This document shows, piece by piece, positions 24,340 through 37,120 of a stretch of DNA of 64,000 bases (position 1 is the first letter of the stretch; each line of letters begins with the position of its first letter). Position numbers and translations under genes: made by a program. The stretch spans positions 367,722,001 to 367,786,000 of the forward strand of contig OZ024743.1 in assembly GCA_964016885.1 (NCBI GenBank), in the 5' to 3' direction. Below the pieces are notes generated by a model that was not told the DNA's origin, did no database searches, and saw nothing but the letters and a program-made list of their open reading frames with translations. Source of the stretch: Eledone cirrhosa. Its lineage: Eukaryota.

Positions 24340-27300
24340 TCGTGTGCAGATCTTTTTGCATACACACACACAATACATAGGAAAACAGAAATAGAAATAC
24401 AAAAACAAAACATAAACAAACATTGTATTTATCTCATGAACAAATGTGCTAAACTTACGCAGCATATTTATTTGTTAACATTTACATTTTGTTCTACTGT
24501 ACGGATGGACAGACAAGACAAAATAGCTATTGTGACATCCATGGATGAAGTGTGTAATAAAACTGGGCGATGTTCCAAAATAGAACATTGCCCAGAAAAT
24601 CACATCTGTCATCTATGTACAGAACCAGAGAACTCCTTCCGAAATCAATGGGTTGAATGTGGCAAATGTCGTGTTTCTGTTTGCCTTCAATGTGCCACAA
24701 ACTTTCGAAAGATCCCAGGTTAGAAAAAGAGACACCATACTTCTATGATGGATGGGCTCTGGGAAATGGTTCAGCTACCAAATTGGTCCTTTCAGTGCCT
24801 GGCCTGTGTGTCTGCCTCTACCATTGCTGCTGAACAACAACAACAAAAACCAAAGATTGTGTCTTCCTCTACCATTGTTCCTGAACAACAGCAAAAACCA
24901 ATGACCGTAGCTTCCGCTACTACTCCTGTTGAAGGACTTCATCAACAACATCAACCCATGTCTTCCTCCCCTGTTACTTTTCAACAACAACAACCGACGA
25001 CTGCGTCTTCTCCCACCATGCCTGCTGAAGAAGAAGAACAACAACAAAAATCGACCGTCAATACGGAGTTTACGGATATACGGCAAGTGATTTCCGCTTT
25101 AAGCTGAGAAATAGCAGGAATCAAATCAAGCATTCATGTAGAACCTCACAATGAGGGATCTTACCGGAGTGCCTTGTTAAAAAATCTCTGTGTACCTCTT
25201 GCCGAACCAGATGCATTGAGAATGCCACTGAATCTGTAAACCATGAAGTGATTGCCATTGGAGTACCAGAAGACATAATTGATCTTCAGACAGTTGCTGC
25301 CAGTTCATCCAAAGACTTGGGCTGTGCTCCCCCGAAGAGTGCTTTAGGCCTTGGCCGGCCAGGTTCGAAACCCAGGCTAATTAGACTGTTTTTTTTCGAA
25401 CTCAACTGAGGCACATTCATATCTTTTGGTCTCTGATAAAGCTAGGCGTGAAAGTCGGATTGCCTTCCAAACACACCCTGGTCTTTCACCTGATGTCCTC
25501 CCAAAGCTGCGTTCTGCAGCTTCCTTAAACCACAACTCGGCAGAACATGAAAGCTTCAGCCTACATGATGATGGGCAGATATGGAAGTTTATTAAGGCTG
25601 GTGAAACATGGAAAAGAGATACCAGCTGGTCTGAAAACACTGTACCCACAACAACTGACAATAAAAAAAACGAAAAAATTCTGGGAAACTAAATTAGAAC
25701 AACCTGCTATCCATCCCCTGCACATAATCATAGACTGGAATCAAGGTACAAATTGTTGTCCTTAAATGCACATAGTCTATGCAATAAGATATATCTTTTT
25801 GACTCCTATGTCAAAAGTATCAACCCTGACTTCATTACAGTCACAGAAACATTGGTACATTCCTTACTCTGTGTTGGGGTTTTCAGCATAACTGACTACA
25901 ACTTGTTTCGTAAAGACCGCATTAAGCATGGTGGTCTAATGGTCTACATTCGGTCAAATTTTTCCGCAATTTCTTGTGTTGATTTGAGCCAATCAGAGCA
26001 AGAAGTATTTTTCTGTGATATACGTATGACCATGTCAACACTGCTACTTGGAGTTGTTTACCGTCCCTCAAATTACCATGAGGACACTCAACTTTGTGAT
26101 ATCCTCAGAGCTGCTGCCAGGAAAACAGCCAGTTATGTTTTTTATTGCAGGGGACATCGATGAGATTGACTGGGAAACCTTTTGTTGGCCGCCAAGTGCA
26201 AATGATTTCCTTGAGCTAGTGCTGGACTCGAACTGGTCCCAAGTGGTCACCTCCCCAACAAGAGGTGACAACACTTTGGATCTCCTCTTCACCACTACTC
26301 CTGAAACGGTTATTAGTGTTACTACTGAGGAACCTTTAGGTGATTCTGATCATGCTATGATCATTGCCAATCTGTCCCTCATGGGCAGTAGCAAAAACCA
26401 CAACCATCTCCAAACTGCTCACTGTGACTGGAATAAAGCGGACTGGAACTGATACTGCACCAAGCTGCAACGTCCAAACTGGCTTTAGTTCTATGACTCT
26501 GGAGATGTCAACACTGTACTCCAGAACATGCTGAACTCAATATGGACAGCATGTGCAGCATCATTGCCACGTAAGCAGAAAAAACATCCCAAAAGTGCAA
26601 TTTGGGAGACTGCAGCAGTCTGTCTTGCCAGAAAAGAATGTCCTAATGCTGAATGTAAGTACAAACTACATAAATCAGATATCAATAGGAAAAAGCGAAA
26701 TAAATCATCCAACCATCTCAAGCAGGTGACAAAAAAGGCAGTGCTTCAATTTGAGCAGTGCATAGCAACCGGCCCTGACAGTAAGGTGTTCTGGAAGTAT
26801 GTTCACTCAAAGCAGAGGCCTCACTCTCCAGTTGGTCCTCTTCTCAATCCCCACACAAGCCAGGTTACTGATGACCCCAAGGAATGCCCAGAACTCATTG
26901 CTGAATGCATTGCAGGCATTTTCACTGTTGAAGACCAGAGTGTACCATCTCCACCACCTCTGAGATCGGATTCTATTACAACTATGGAATTTACACCCCC
27001 TCACACCACCATAGCCTATTTGACCAATCAAACCTCAGCATGTCCCCCCTCACCCATTATCAACCCCAACAAACCCTGCCATTTCTACTACTACCTACCT
27101 CTCTCCTCACCCGTCCCGCCCCAACACACCCTGCCATTATTACCACCACCACTTTTCTTCTAGCTCTGAATTTTCCTACCATTATGTATGGGTGAACTGA
27201 GAATAAATGGAGCAACCCTGAATTTAATAAAAGAAAATGTATATGAATCCGTGAGCTACCAAGCACCCATGTGAAGCTTCAAGTCAGAGACAGGAAGCAC

Positions 27301-30300
27301 ATGCACACCCCTGCAAAAATCGACCCTTCCTCACGAATGGTGACAAATGCCCAAAACTCTGAGTTGGTACCATCAATGTAAGCACAATGAAAGGAAGAGC
27401 AGGAGAAATCGTAGAGATGCTAGAGCAAAAGGAAATTGATGTATGCTGTATGCAAGAGACTAGATGGAGAGGAGAGTCTGCTAGAGTCCTTGTAGGGAAA
27501 AGTCAGTGGTACAAATTTTTCTGGGTGGGAAATGACGATGGGATGGGTGGTGTAGGTATTCTAGTAGCTGACAAGTGGGTAGATAAGGTAATCTCAGTGA
27601 ACAGGGTGAATGCAAGAATCATTAAACTCAGACTAGTCCTGAATAAAACAATTACCACAATAATATCAGCTTACGCACCCCAATCGGTGTTGCCAGACGA
27701 ACTTATGGATAGGTTTTACGAGTCCCTAATGCACACTACTGCTCTAACAAACGACAATGACTTCCTAATCATTGCAGGAGATTTTAACGGACATGTAGGT
27801 AAACACTGTGACAGCTTCAATAGAGTCCATGGGGGCCATGGGGTTGGCACAAGAAATGAAGAAGGATTCAGTTCTAGAATTCTGCGACGCCAATGACATG
27901 TCGATATATAACACAAACTTCCCAAAACCCGACAACCACCTGATCACCTATAGATCAGGGGAGCATTCTAGTCAGATAGATTTTATCCTCATCAGAGGAC
28001 GTGACAGATGGACGGTCGTAAACACAAAAGCCTTCCCTAGTGAGGAATGTACCTCCCAACATAGCTTAGTTGTCAGCGACCTCACGGTCAGAACTAGACG
28101 AACCTGGAAACAGAAGCCAACCTGGAGAAGAAAGATCTGGAAGCTGAAAGCCAGTAACAGATTTAAAGATATTTTACTCAACACCTATGACAGTAAAGAA
28201 GAACAGATAGAGACATTCAATGTAGAAGAGCACTGGGAATTCCTAAAAAATAACTTACTAGAGGCGATGGATGAGATCTGTGGCTGGAGTAAGACCACAG
28301 GCAGGAGGAGAGTGACTTGGTGGTGGAATAATAAGGTAGATGAGGCAGTTAAGGCCAAGAGACAGGCATGGAAAGCATGGAAGAACGAGGGAAGCAGGGT
28401 ACATTACATAGAGACCAGGAGGGAAGCTAGGCGACAAGTATACTTAGCTAGGAGGGAAGCAGAGGATAGAAAATTCAAGCATGTTTTGCGTGAGGACCAG
28501 AACAGGAGGTGTGCAAGATTGCGAGGCAGTGTGTCAGAGAGAATTGTGATGTCATTGGAGAGAAGTGTATCTGGAATGATAAAGGTGAGCTTGCCCTCAC
28601 AAGTGCTGAGAAGAAAGATGCGTGGAAGAGCCATTATGATAGATTACTAAATGAGGAGAATGCATGGGAAGAAGAGACCCTACCCCAAGTAGACCCTATA
28701 GAGGGACCAGCAGTATAAGTCAGCAGCAGCGTAGTAAGTAAGGCAATCAAAGATATGAAGATGGGGAAGGCAACCGGTTCATCAGGTGTAGCTGCCGAGA
28801 TACTGAAGGCATCTGGGTTGGTAGGTCACACTATAACCGCACGTATTGTTAACCAGGTAATACTAGAAGGTGTCATACCAAAGGATTGGTGAAGTAGCAT
28901 CATTGTCAACTGCTACAAAGGTAAAGGTGATGCACTAGATAGAGAAAACTATAGAGGTATAAAGCTGATGGACTAGGTCATGAAAGTAACAGAAAGAGTT
29001 ATAGCACAGTTGATTAGGGACCGAGTGAAACTAGATGAGATTGCAATTTGGGTTTGTACCAGAAAGAGGCACCACTGATGCCCTCTTCCTTGTCAGGCAG
29101 TTACAGGAACAGTACCTAGCTGAAAGTAAGCCACTCTACTACCTAGCATTCGTCGATCTCGAGAAAGCCTTTGACAGAGTTCCACGTGCTGTAATCTGGT
29201 GGGGTCTTAGAAAAGTAGGAGTAGATGAATGGCTTGTGAAAGCTGTACAAGCCATGTATAGGGGAGCAGTCAGCAATGTTAGGATTAGCAATGACCAGGG
29301 CTCTGTTCTTAGCTCTCTCCTGTTCATCATAGTCCTGCAGGCAATAATGGAGGAATTTAAGATCGGATGCCCATGGGAACTCCTGTATGCAGATGACCTC
29401 GCACTTATAGCTGAATCTATGGTAGAACTAGAGAAGAAATTCCAAACTTGGAAGCAGGGACTAGAAAGAACGGGTCTCAAAGTCAACCTGTAAGTAGACG
29501 AGAAAACAGAACACAGATCCCCTCAGGGAAATGGCCTTGCTCAGTATGTAGGAAAGGTGTAGGTAGGAACTCCATTCTCTACCCCAAATGCAAACAATGG
29601 GTACAAAAGAGATGTAGCGGGATCTCAGGAAGCTTAATTAAGAATGTAGGCTTCACATATAGCAGCTGTACTGGGACAGCAAGCAGCAAACAGCTACAGG
29701 AAACAAGTACCACCAATCTCTGGGAGGGCTCTGTAGAAACAGTAGACAGCTTCTGCTACCTAGGTGACCGAATTAGCAGCGGAGGTGGGTGTTCAGAAAG
29801 TACAATAACTAAGGTAAGAACGGGATGGAAGAAGTTCAGGGAGCTACTGCCACTGCTAGCTGCAAAAGGCTTTTCCCTCAAAATGAAAGGAAGACTGTAT
29901 GATGCATGTATACGAACAGCAATGTTACATGGTAGTGAGACCTGGGCGCTGAAGGTGGAAGACTTGTGTAGATTAGAAAGAAATGAAGCCTGCATGCTCA
30001 GATGGATGTGTAATAGTAATATACGCGAACGGCAAATCATAAATGAATTGAGAGAGAGACTGAGCATAAGAGGAATCAAATGCTGTGTGCAGGAGAGGTG
30101 GTTGCGTTGGTATGGACATGTGATGCGTATGAAGGATGACAGCCGTGTAAAAAGGTGCAGAGCACTAGAAGTCGATGGAAACTGCGGAGTGGGGAGACTC
30201 AAGAAGACCTGGGATGAGGTGATAAAAGCTGACCTTACCCAATTACACCTCTCAAAGGCAATGACACATGACCGTGACCTTTGGCGTCATGCAGTAATAC

Positions 30301-32195
30301 AGAGTACCCGACTTCCCATGGGTACAAGCCGAAGCTGAAGCATATAGACAATATGCCCCCACACCCTCCCACTGCAAAGTGGTCGTGGAGGTGCCACGGC
30401 AAAAAAGCACCCAGCTCTCACTGTAAATGAGGTTGGTGCTAGGAAGGGCATCCAGCTGTAGAAATCAAGCCAGAATCAGTTCCTGTATGAGCACGAACAA
30501 GGTCAGCTGACCAGACACTGCCCACAACAGGACAACCCGTCTAACCCATGCTGGCGTGGAAGAATGGACGTAAAACGGTGATGATGATGATGAATGTGGC
30601 AACGTCACCTTAACAATAAACACAACCATGCCTCTCCTGGTCTTGATGGTATTACGTACCTGCTTCTCAAATGTGGTGGGTACTTCCTTCTGCACCAGCT
30701 ATCATGCTTCTTCCAATTCTGTCTGAACAACGGATGTCATTCCTCTGTTCAAAAAGGGTGACCGCGCATCACCTGTGAACTCTGATCCAGTCAGTCTTAC
30801 TAGCTGCATTGCCAAACTGATGGAATCCTGTGTCAAAGAAACACTTTGGAACTTCTGGAACTCTCACAGTCTTATCCGGCCCTTGTAATTTGGATTTATC
30901 CCTAACTCCTGCTGCTGTGATCAACTTATCGAGTTTCTTGAAGACATCACCCGGATCACTGATGGCGGCTCATGGGTGGATGTTGTTTACCTTGACTTTG
31001 CTAAAGCTTTCAATTCTGTGCCACACAAAAGACTTATGGCAAAACTCTCTGCAATGGGTGTGAAGGATGATCTTTTTAACTCGTCGAGAGGTAGTTACGG
31101 TTCTATTCAGCATTCCTCACCATATGAGATGTCATCTGGTGTACCACAGGGATCTGTTCTTGGCCCCCTTTTGTTTGTGGCATATATTAATATTGTGGCA
31201 TATATGACATAGATGCCAACTTAAAGAATGCCACAGTACCGAAATATGCAGATAACATCAAGCTGTACCTTGAGATAAAAAGAACAGATCCTGAACACTA
31301 TAGATCTTGAAATCTGACCTGGACACAATGCAATGATGGATCACAGACTGGCAACTCAAGCTAGCTGTGGACAAGTGTACCACCATGCATTTTGGGAGTA
31401 AAAATCCAGCGTCCACATACTCCCTCCACAACACTAATAACAAGAAGTCTTCTTGTGAACGTGACCTGGGCATTACTGTCAGCAGCGATTTGCATTGGAT
31501 GAAGCACATCTCTAAAATTGTCAAGAAGGCCAAGGGTGCCTTAGCATCACTCAGCAAGACCTTTGTCAGCTGCTCTCCATCTATTTAAAACTGTATATAG
31601 CTATGGTGCGGCCACACTTAGAATTTGCATCACCAGTCTGGAACCCCTATCTTGCTCAGAACATTGACTGCATGGAAACTGTTCAGAGACGTGCAACCAA
31701 GCGAATACCCTCCATCAGGCATCTACCATACTCTGAACGCCTTGCTTCCCTGGGCATGGATACATTGAAGCTCTGACGTCTGGCAACTGACTTGGTAAAC
31801 GCCCACAAAATTATTAACCATCTTGCCAACAACAAGCCTGAGTACCTTTTTGATTTCCATGTGTCTAACACACATTGGCATGCCAACAAAGTCAGAAAAC
31901 AGCACAGCTCCCATGACTTTCGGAAACATTTTTTCATGCTCAGAGAAGCATGGAACAAACTACCTGCATCAGTTGTTAGCTGTCGAGACACTGCATCCTT
32001 TAAAACCTCCATGCTTCCTGAGATTCGCCAACACTACACCTAATATTCCACCTCCATACACACGCACACATATATATCATGACTCATACACTATTCACTT
32101 CCCTGACATTTGTATATTATTCTATGTACTATACATTCACCTTTGATGAGTTGTAGCGCACCTAGCACTGTACACAATAATTTCATTATTATTAT
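24340..32195 (+). mobile_element. Near full-length decayed CR1-type LINE (ORF1 with PHD-like finger; ORF2 APE plus RT), split by a nested RTE
   Basis: ORF1 remnants 24436-25692 (CHLC..CGKC..CLQC..CLAC). APE from 25753 (LNAHSL..ITVTET..GD..PTRGDNTLDL..SDH). RT resumes at about 30594 (SPGLDGI, YLDFAKAFNSVPH, SGVPQGSVLGPLLF, YAD, DLGITV). (ATT)n tail at about 32185. Confidence 0.88.
26999..30593 (+). mobile_element. Near full-length RTE LINE with frameshifts and stops, nested in the CR1 element
   Basis: APE (MQETRWRG, SAYAPQ, GDFNGH, QIDFIL), RT (QFGF, DLEKAFDRVP, QGSVLS, LLYADD), PHD remnant, C-terminus and (TGA)n tail. The 5' boundary is approximate. Confidence 0.92.
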
Positions 32196-32329
32196 TTTTA
32201 AACAGGAGAAGGATAAAAATAAAGCCCTGGTGGACTCTAATGTGCATGCTAAATTCCTCACTATAGTTGTTAATCCTAACTTTGCTGTACAGCCTTCACA
32301 GACCACTAATCTACTCCTAGTTTTTTAAG

Positions 32330-32746
32330 AGCCCATCAGATTATGGCATGGGGGACTCTGTCAAAACCTTTCTCCAGATCAACAAATGTCTAGTAGAGCA
32401 GCTTACTTTCAGCTTGGTGCTTCTCCTGTAGCTGCTTCACAAGGAGGAGAACATCTGTGGTGCTTTTACCTGGCAAAAATCCAAACTGCATCTCATCTAG
32501 ATTAACTCAGTCTCTAATTAGGTGTGCTATAATTCTTTCTGTTACTTTCATAACCTGGTCAATCAACTTGATGCCTCTATAGTTTCCTCTATCTAGTGCA
32601 TTTCTTTTACCCTTGTAGCAGTTGACAATGATGCTGCTGTGCCAATCATTTGGTGTGATATCATTTAGTATTACTTGATTTACAATATGTGTGGTCAAGG
32701 TGTGACCGACTGACCCAGGTGCTTTCAGCATCTTGGCAACTTTTCT

Positions 32747-32750
<4 letters not shown>
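32330..32750 (-). mobile_element. RTE RT fragment
   Basis: SIIVNCYKGK..RGNYRGIKL..QFGF motifs. Confidence 0.85.
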
Positions 32751-32804
<54 letters not shown>

Positions 32805-32824
32805 TATATATATATACAGTATGT

Positions 32825-33011
32825 AATTGTTTCTACTTTAGGCACAAGGCCAGCAATTACCCAGTGCATTACTGGTACTTTATTTTATCGACCCTGTAAG
32901 GATGAAAGGCAAAGTCAACCTCGGTGGGATTTGAACTCAGATCGTAAAGGGACGTAACTATGCTGGAAAGCATGGCGTCCGACCCTCTACCGATACTGCC
33001 AATCCACCGCC
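32825..33011 (-). mobile_element. Young tRNA-derived SINE (MetaSINE-like core)
   Basis: 5' GGCGGTGGATTGGCAGTATCGG, B-box GAGTTCAAATCC and core GACTTTGCCTTTCATCC..GGGTCGATAAAATAAAGTACC; inserted in (TA)n; near-identical to 56211-56392. Confidence 0.85.
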
Positions 33012-34249
33012 ATATATATACAGTATATAATGATAAAGTGTTGGTTGATCAAAGCAATCAACCAACAGTGTAATCAGGCAGAAGCACTGAATGTGATGGA
33101 TGCCTTAAGATATCACATATATGGGATCAGATGGCATATCAATATTAAGAAAAGGAAGAGAGATGGTATTCAACATTATTTTATTCTATTACATCATTAT
33201 TTTATGTCTGCTTGCTGCCTTGCTGGCATGGGTTGTATGGATAGTCATGGTCAGAGACAGGACAAGGTCAAGGAGGATCTCAACTTGCTCATATGTTAAA
33301 TTTTGGGCTTGATTTCTGCTGTTGGATACCTTCCCTAACACCAACCCTATTACAGGGTAAACTAGGTGCATTTTATTTGGGAACCAATGCTAGGGATGTT
33401 GTAACCTAAACGAGGTGAAGAAAGGCAGTAATAGAAGAAGGGGTGAGCATGTGAAAGAGAAGGCACTGCAGCGGGAGCAATAGCATCTACATATCTGTTA
33501 CTAAGAGAGGAAAAGCAAACTCAAGTGTTGATAGGAGTGGACTTGGAGAGTGGTGATGTGATACTGATGATGATAGTATAACACTAAATTTGAGAATGTT
33601 TTAGTTGGATGATAAGCAGGTAAAACAAAACACATTCAAATAACAAAGTATAAGTGAAATATCAAAGAGATTGGTATGTATGATAAAATATAACAAACTA
33701 AAAGCATATGATTTCCCAGGAAATCATAGAATTAAAAAATATAGAAGTTATAACTATAGTTGAAATAGTTTCTCAATGTTGAAAAATAGAGTACACTCCT
33801 TTTAAATTACTATGATGACAAATATTGATAGATAAACAGATATTTGTCATAGCTAGACACATACAAGTCTATTTGGTTGAGAAATTTGCTTCAAGAGCAT
33901 AGGGTTTGAATTCTACCCCACAGCATAACATCTTAATCAGTGTCTCTTAAGCCAATCATTGTTCTTTGCTACCCCCATATTCCAGCCTTTCTATGCCTGT
34001 CTCTTAGGCTTAACGCCTGCCTCTAATGATCTATTCTACTATCATATCATCTTTTGTCTGACTGGTATTTTTCTCAAGCCACTGGCATTATTAGTAGCTT
34101 GCAACTGATTTTCATGCAGAAACTTCTAGCTGTTCTCTATGATATATGTATTTATCTCCTCTGCCCTCTTCATACATGTCATGTAGGGAATTTCTGAACC
34201 TACATTTAACAAACCCATACCATACCTTCCCTGTCCAGATTGTCTTGCA

Positions 34250-34720
34250 TTTCTGATTTTGTCTGATTATTATTCTGATATCACTAATGGTGAGTGGTGT
34301 ATTCCTCTCTGAGAAAAGACTTGACATTCATAACCAACTATCCCATTTTCTAATGAGCATAAAATCAATCTAGCTTGTGTGTTTGCCTTATTTGTAGGTA
34401 TATATATATCAAGCAATGTGCATATATCGAACAATGGCAATAGTTGGTAGGTGATCAAGTGGCTGGCTGGTTTTCTTGAAGTTGCAAATGGTTTGGTCAT
34501 TTGCATAATAGAATTTAGGAGCATTGATCCTTCTTCATTTCTTGAGCTATATCTATAGCCACTGTGTACTCTAAAGTATCCAGCCTGCTGCTGCCCAAAA
34601 TGTTCATTGAAGTCATCAGCCAGGATGATGAAGTCACTGACATCTGTTATTAAAGTTGTCTGTAAGTTGCCCTCAGTGAAATGACCCTTTTGTTCTTTAC
34701 TTAGCCCTGTCAAGATCATT
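34250..34720 (-). mobile_element. RTE APE-domain fragment
   Basis: LADDFNEH..RNEEG..KPASHLITY motifs. Confidence 0.75.
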
Positions 34721-35574
34721 CTCAAACATTATTGGTTCAATGTAAAGTAAACGACTTTGTAAGCCTGTGCCAAATGGTCATGTACTGTGCTGATCTCATT
34801 CATGTAGAGCCAATAAACTTAATAATCTCATCTCTCTGTCTTATCTTCTGTCACTCGGTGAACCTCTTCTCCTCTGCCCCCATTGGTTTCGATGATAAGT
34901 GTTCCAGTTGATTTGAGTTATGGAATAGTCTTCTCAGGAAATTAAAGTGTAAGTGGCTGAACATTCCATTGACACATGCACCCTTATATCATCAAAGATG
35001 GACATAGTTTTGTCTATCTTTTGGCATTTGTTCATGCCACAAGTCCTGCCCACTTCCATTTTCACTTTTTAATGTTTTACATCTTATAATTTTGTTTATT
35101 CTCTTATTCATTGACAAGCTTTACTGTTCTCTTTTAGTGATTTCTAACATGCAACTTTCCATATTTCTTTGTTTGTTTCTGCTTTAACTTTCTGCTTCAT
35201 GTTTTTAGTCAGCTATAACTCTGCTCCTTAAGTCATTGCTAGTATGATACCTTTTTGATAAGTGATCAAGTGGCTGACTCGCTGGCTCTCAGTTACAAAT
35301 GGTTAGGTTATTTGTATTGCAGAATTTTTGGAGCCTTGATCCATCTTTATTTCTTAAGTTGTATCCATAGCTGCTGTGTACTCCCGAGCATTCTGTGCTT
35401 CAGGTATAGTAGCATTTTACTTTTGATGATATTATTTATTTTACCCAAACTAGCTTGGATTTGTCTTTTTATCTCCTCTCTGTAAGGTATTTCAGATTTA
35501 CCAGCTGCCCAATATATAATGTCAATGTCATCATCATTTAATGTCCATTATATATATATGTATGTGAGTGTGTT

Positions 35575-35855
35575 GGGCCTCAGTTGGTTCCAATGATAAG
35601 TGTTCCAGTTGATTTGAGCTATAAAACTGTCTACTCAGGAAATTAAAATGCAAGTGGTGAGCATTCCATAGATATATGCATATTAATGTAGTTCTTGGGG
35701 AGATTCAGTAATACAGGGTATGACCGGGCTTGTCTTTTGAACAACTAATTTTAGCCAGTTGTGTGTACAGCAACATGAAATAAAGTGTCTTGTTCAAGGA
35801 CACAATGCACTGTTGGGAAGTGAACTCATAATCAGATGTCAGACAACCTAAACAC
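35575..35855 (-). mobile_element. Second SINE family, decayed (partial copies at about 34880-34985 and 54770-54830)
   Basis: Minus strand GAGTTCACTTCCC (B-box-like) followed by TTGTGTCCTTGAACAAGACACTTT; a ~100-bp block is duplicated at 34880. Confidence 0.55.
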
Positions 35856-35881
35856 CTTAAAGTATATATATATATATATGT

Positions 35882-35925
<44 letters not shown>

Positions 35926-37120
35926 GACAAACTAACTGTGTGATATAAATTTTGAGACTATTACCAGTAATTTTTTTGTCTATTCATTTAGAACTAAATA
36001 TGAATTAATTTATATTCATAACAAGCAACATAACTTCATCTTTACTCCAGAGCGTCTATCTAAATAACTCTTAAATGGTGTGTGACATGTATACTCATTG
36101 CTACCGTTGTACTTCTAAGAGATTTCACTTTTATCATATCTAACCACGATACATCTTTTATTCTTACTCATATATTTACTCCTATATACATGTAACATCA
36201 ATATGATGCCATCCCTCTTTCTGACCACTCTTTCTTATTTTTTCCCTCTAATCCATCATTCAGCTATTATCAGAATAACATCGTACATATTTATTCATAT
36301 AAACAATTCTCTTTGCACAAAGCATAGCATGAAAATGAATAGCAAATAAAAACAAATAGTATATTGAAGTATATTTATTACTTCTACCCTCAGCTGCCCA
36401 ACACACATGATGCTCTTCCTCTAATTATCTTCTACTGTTTTTGTATATTATTTCCACCACCCCTACAGTGTTTAATATCTATCTCATCAAACTCAGTGCC
36501 TGAGAATCATACTTAATATCAACAGAACAGACCATGTCACCAATCGATATGTATCCGAGCAAACATGTACCTGCCCATTAGTTAACAGTGATTTATTGGC
36601 AGTTGTCATTCATTGGACATTCTGTTCGAAAAAGCAAGGAAGATTTGATTTAGCAATACTGTCTGTATGTGGCACAACATGGGCAAAGAAGCAGAGGAAG
36701 ACAGAAACTAAACCATGTGAAGCATATTGCTGGTTGCCTTAGTCATAATGTTTGACTCTGAGAGAGTAAAATGCATAATACTGTCAGTGGCATGAAGATC
36801 TGTGGCTGAGGCCCCTTCACATTTCTTCAAAACGGGATTAATATTCTGCATCACACATGAAACACTTTTTTTAATCATTTCTCCTTTGTCTCCTTCCATT
36901 TATTTTCCTTGAAACTGAATATTATCTTCATAGATTTCATATCAGTTTAGGATTACTTGCAAACATGATGGTTAGTGCCTCTCCTCCTTCGGTTAATTTG
37001 AAAAACCTATCATCATCATCATCATCATCATTTAATGTCTATTTTCTCTGCTATCAAGGGTTATATGTTTAATACAAATATAGTTTTGCTGAGGAACTAA
37101 CAGGTATATATCATACTTTC

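Noticed and set aside
36525-36899. Host exon (63-aa minus-strand ORF)
   Set aside because: The plus strand reads like a decayed RTE C-terminus (DHVTN..V..LL); no splice or homology support.
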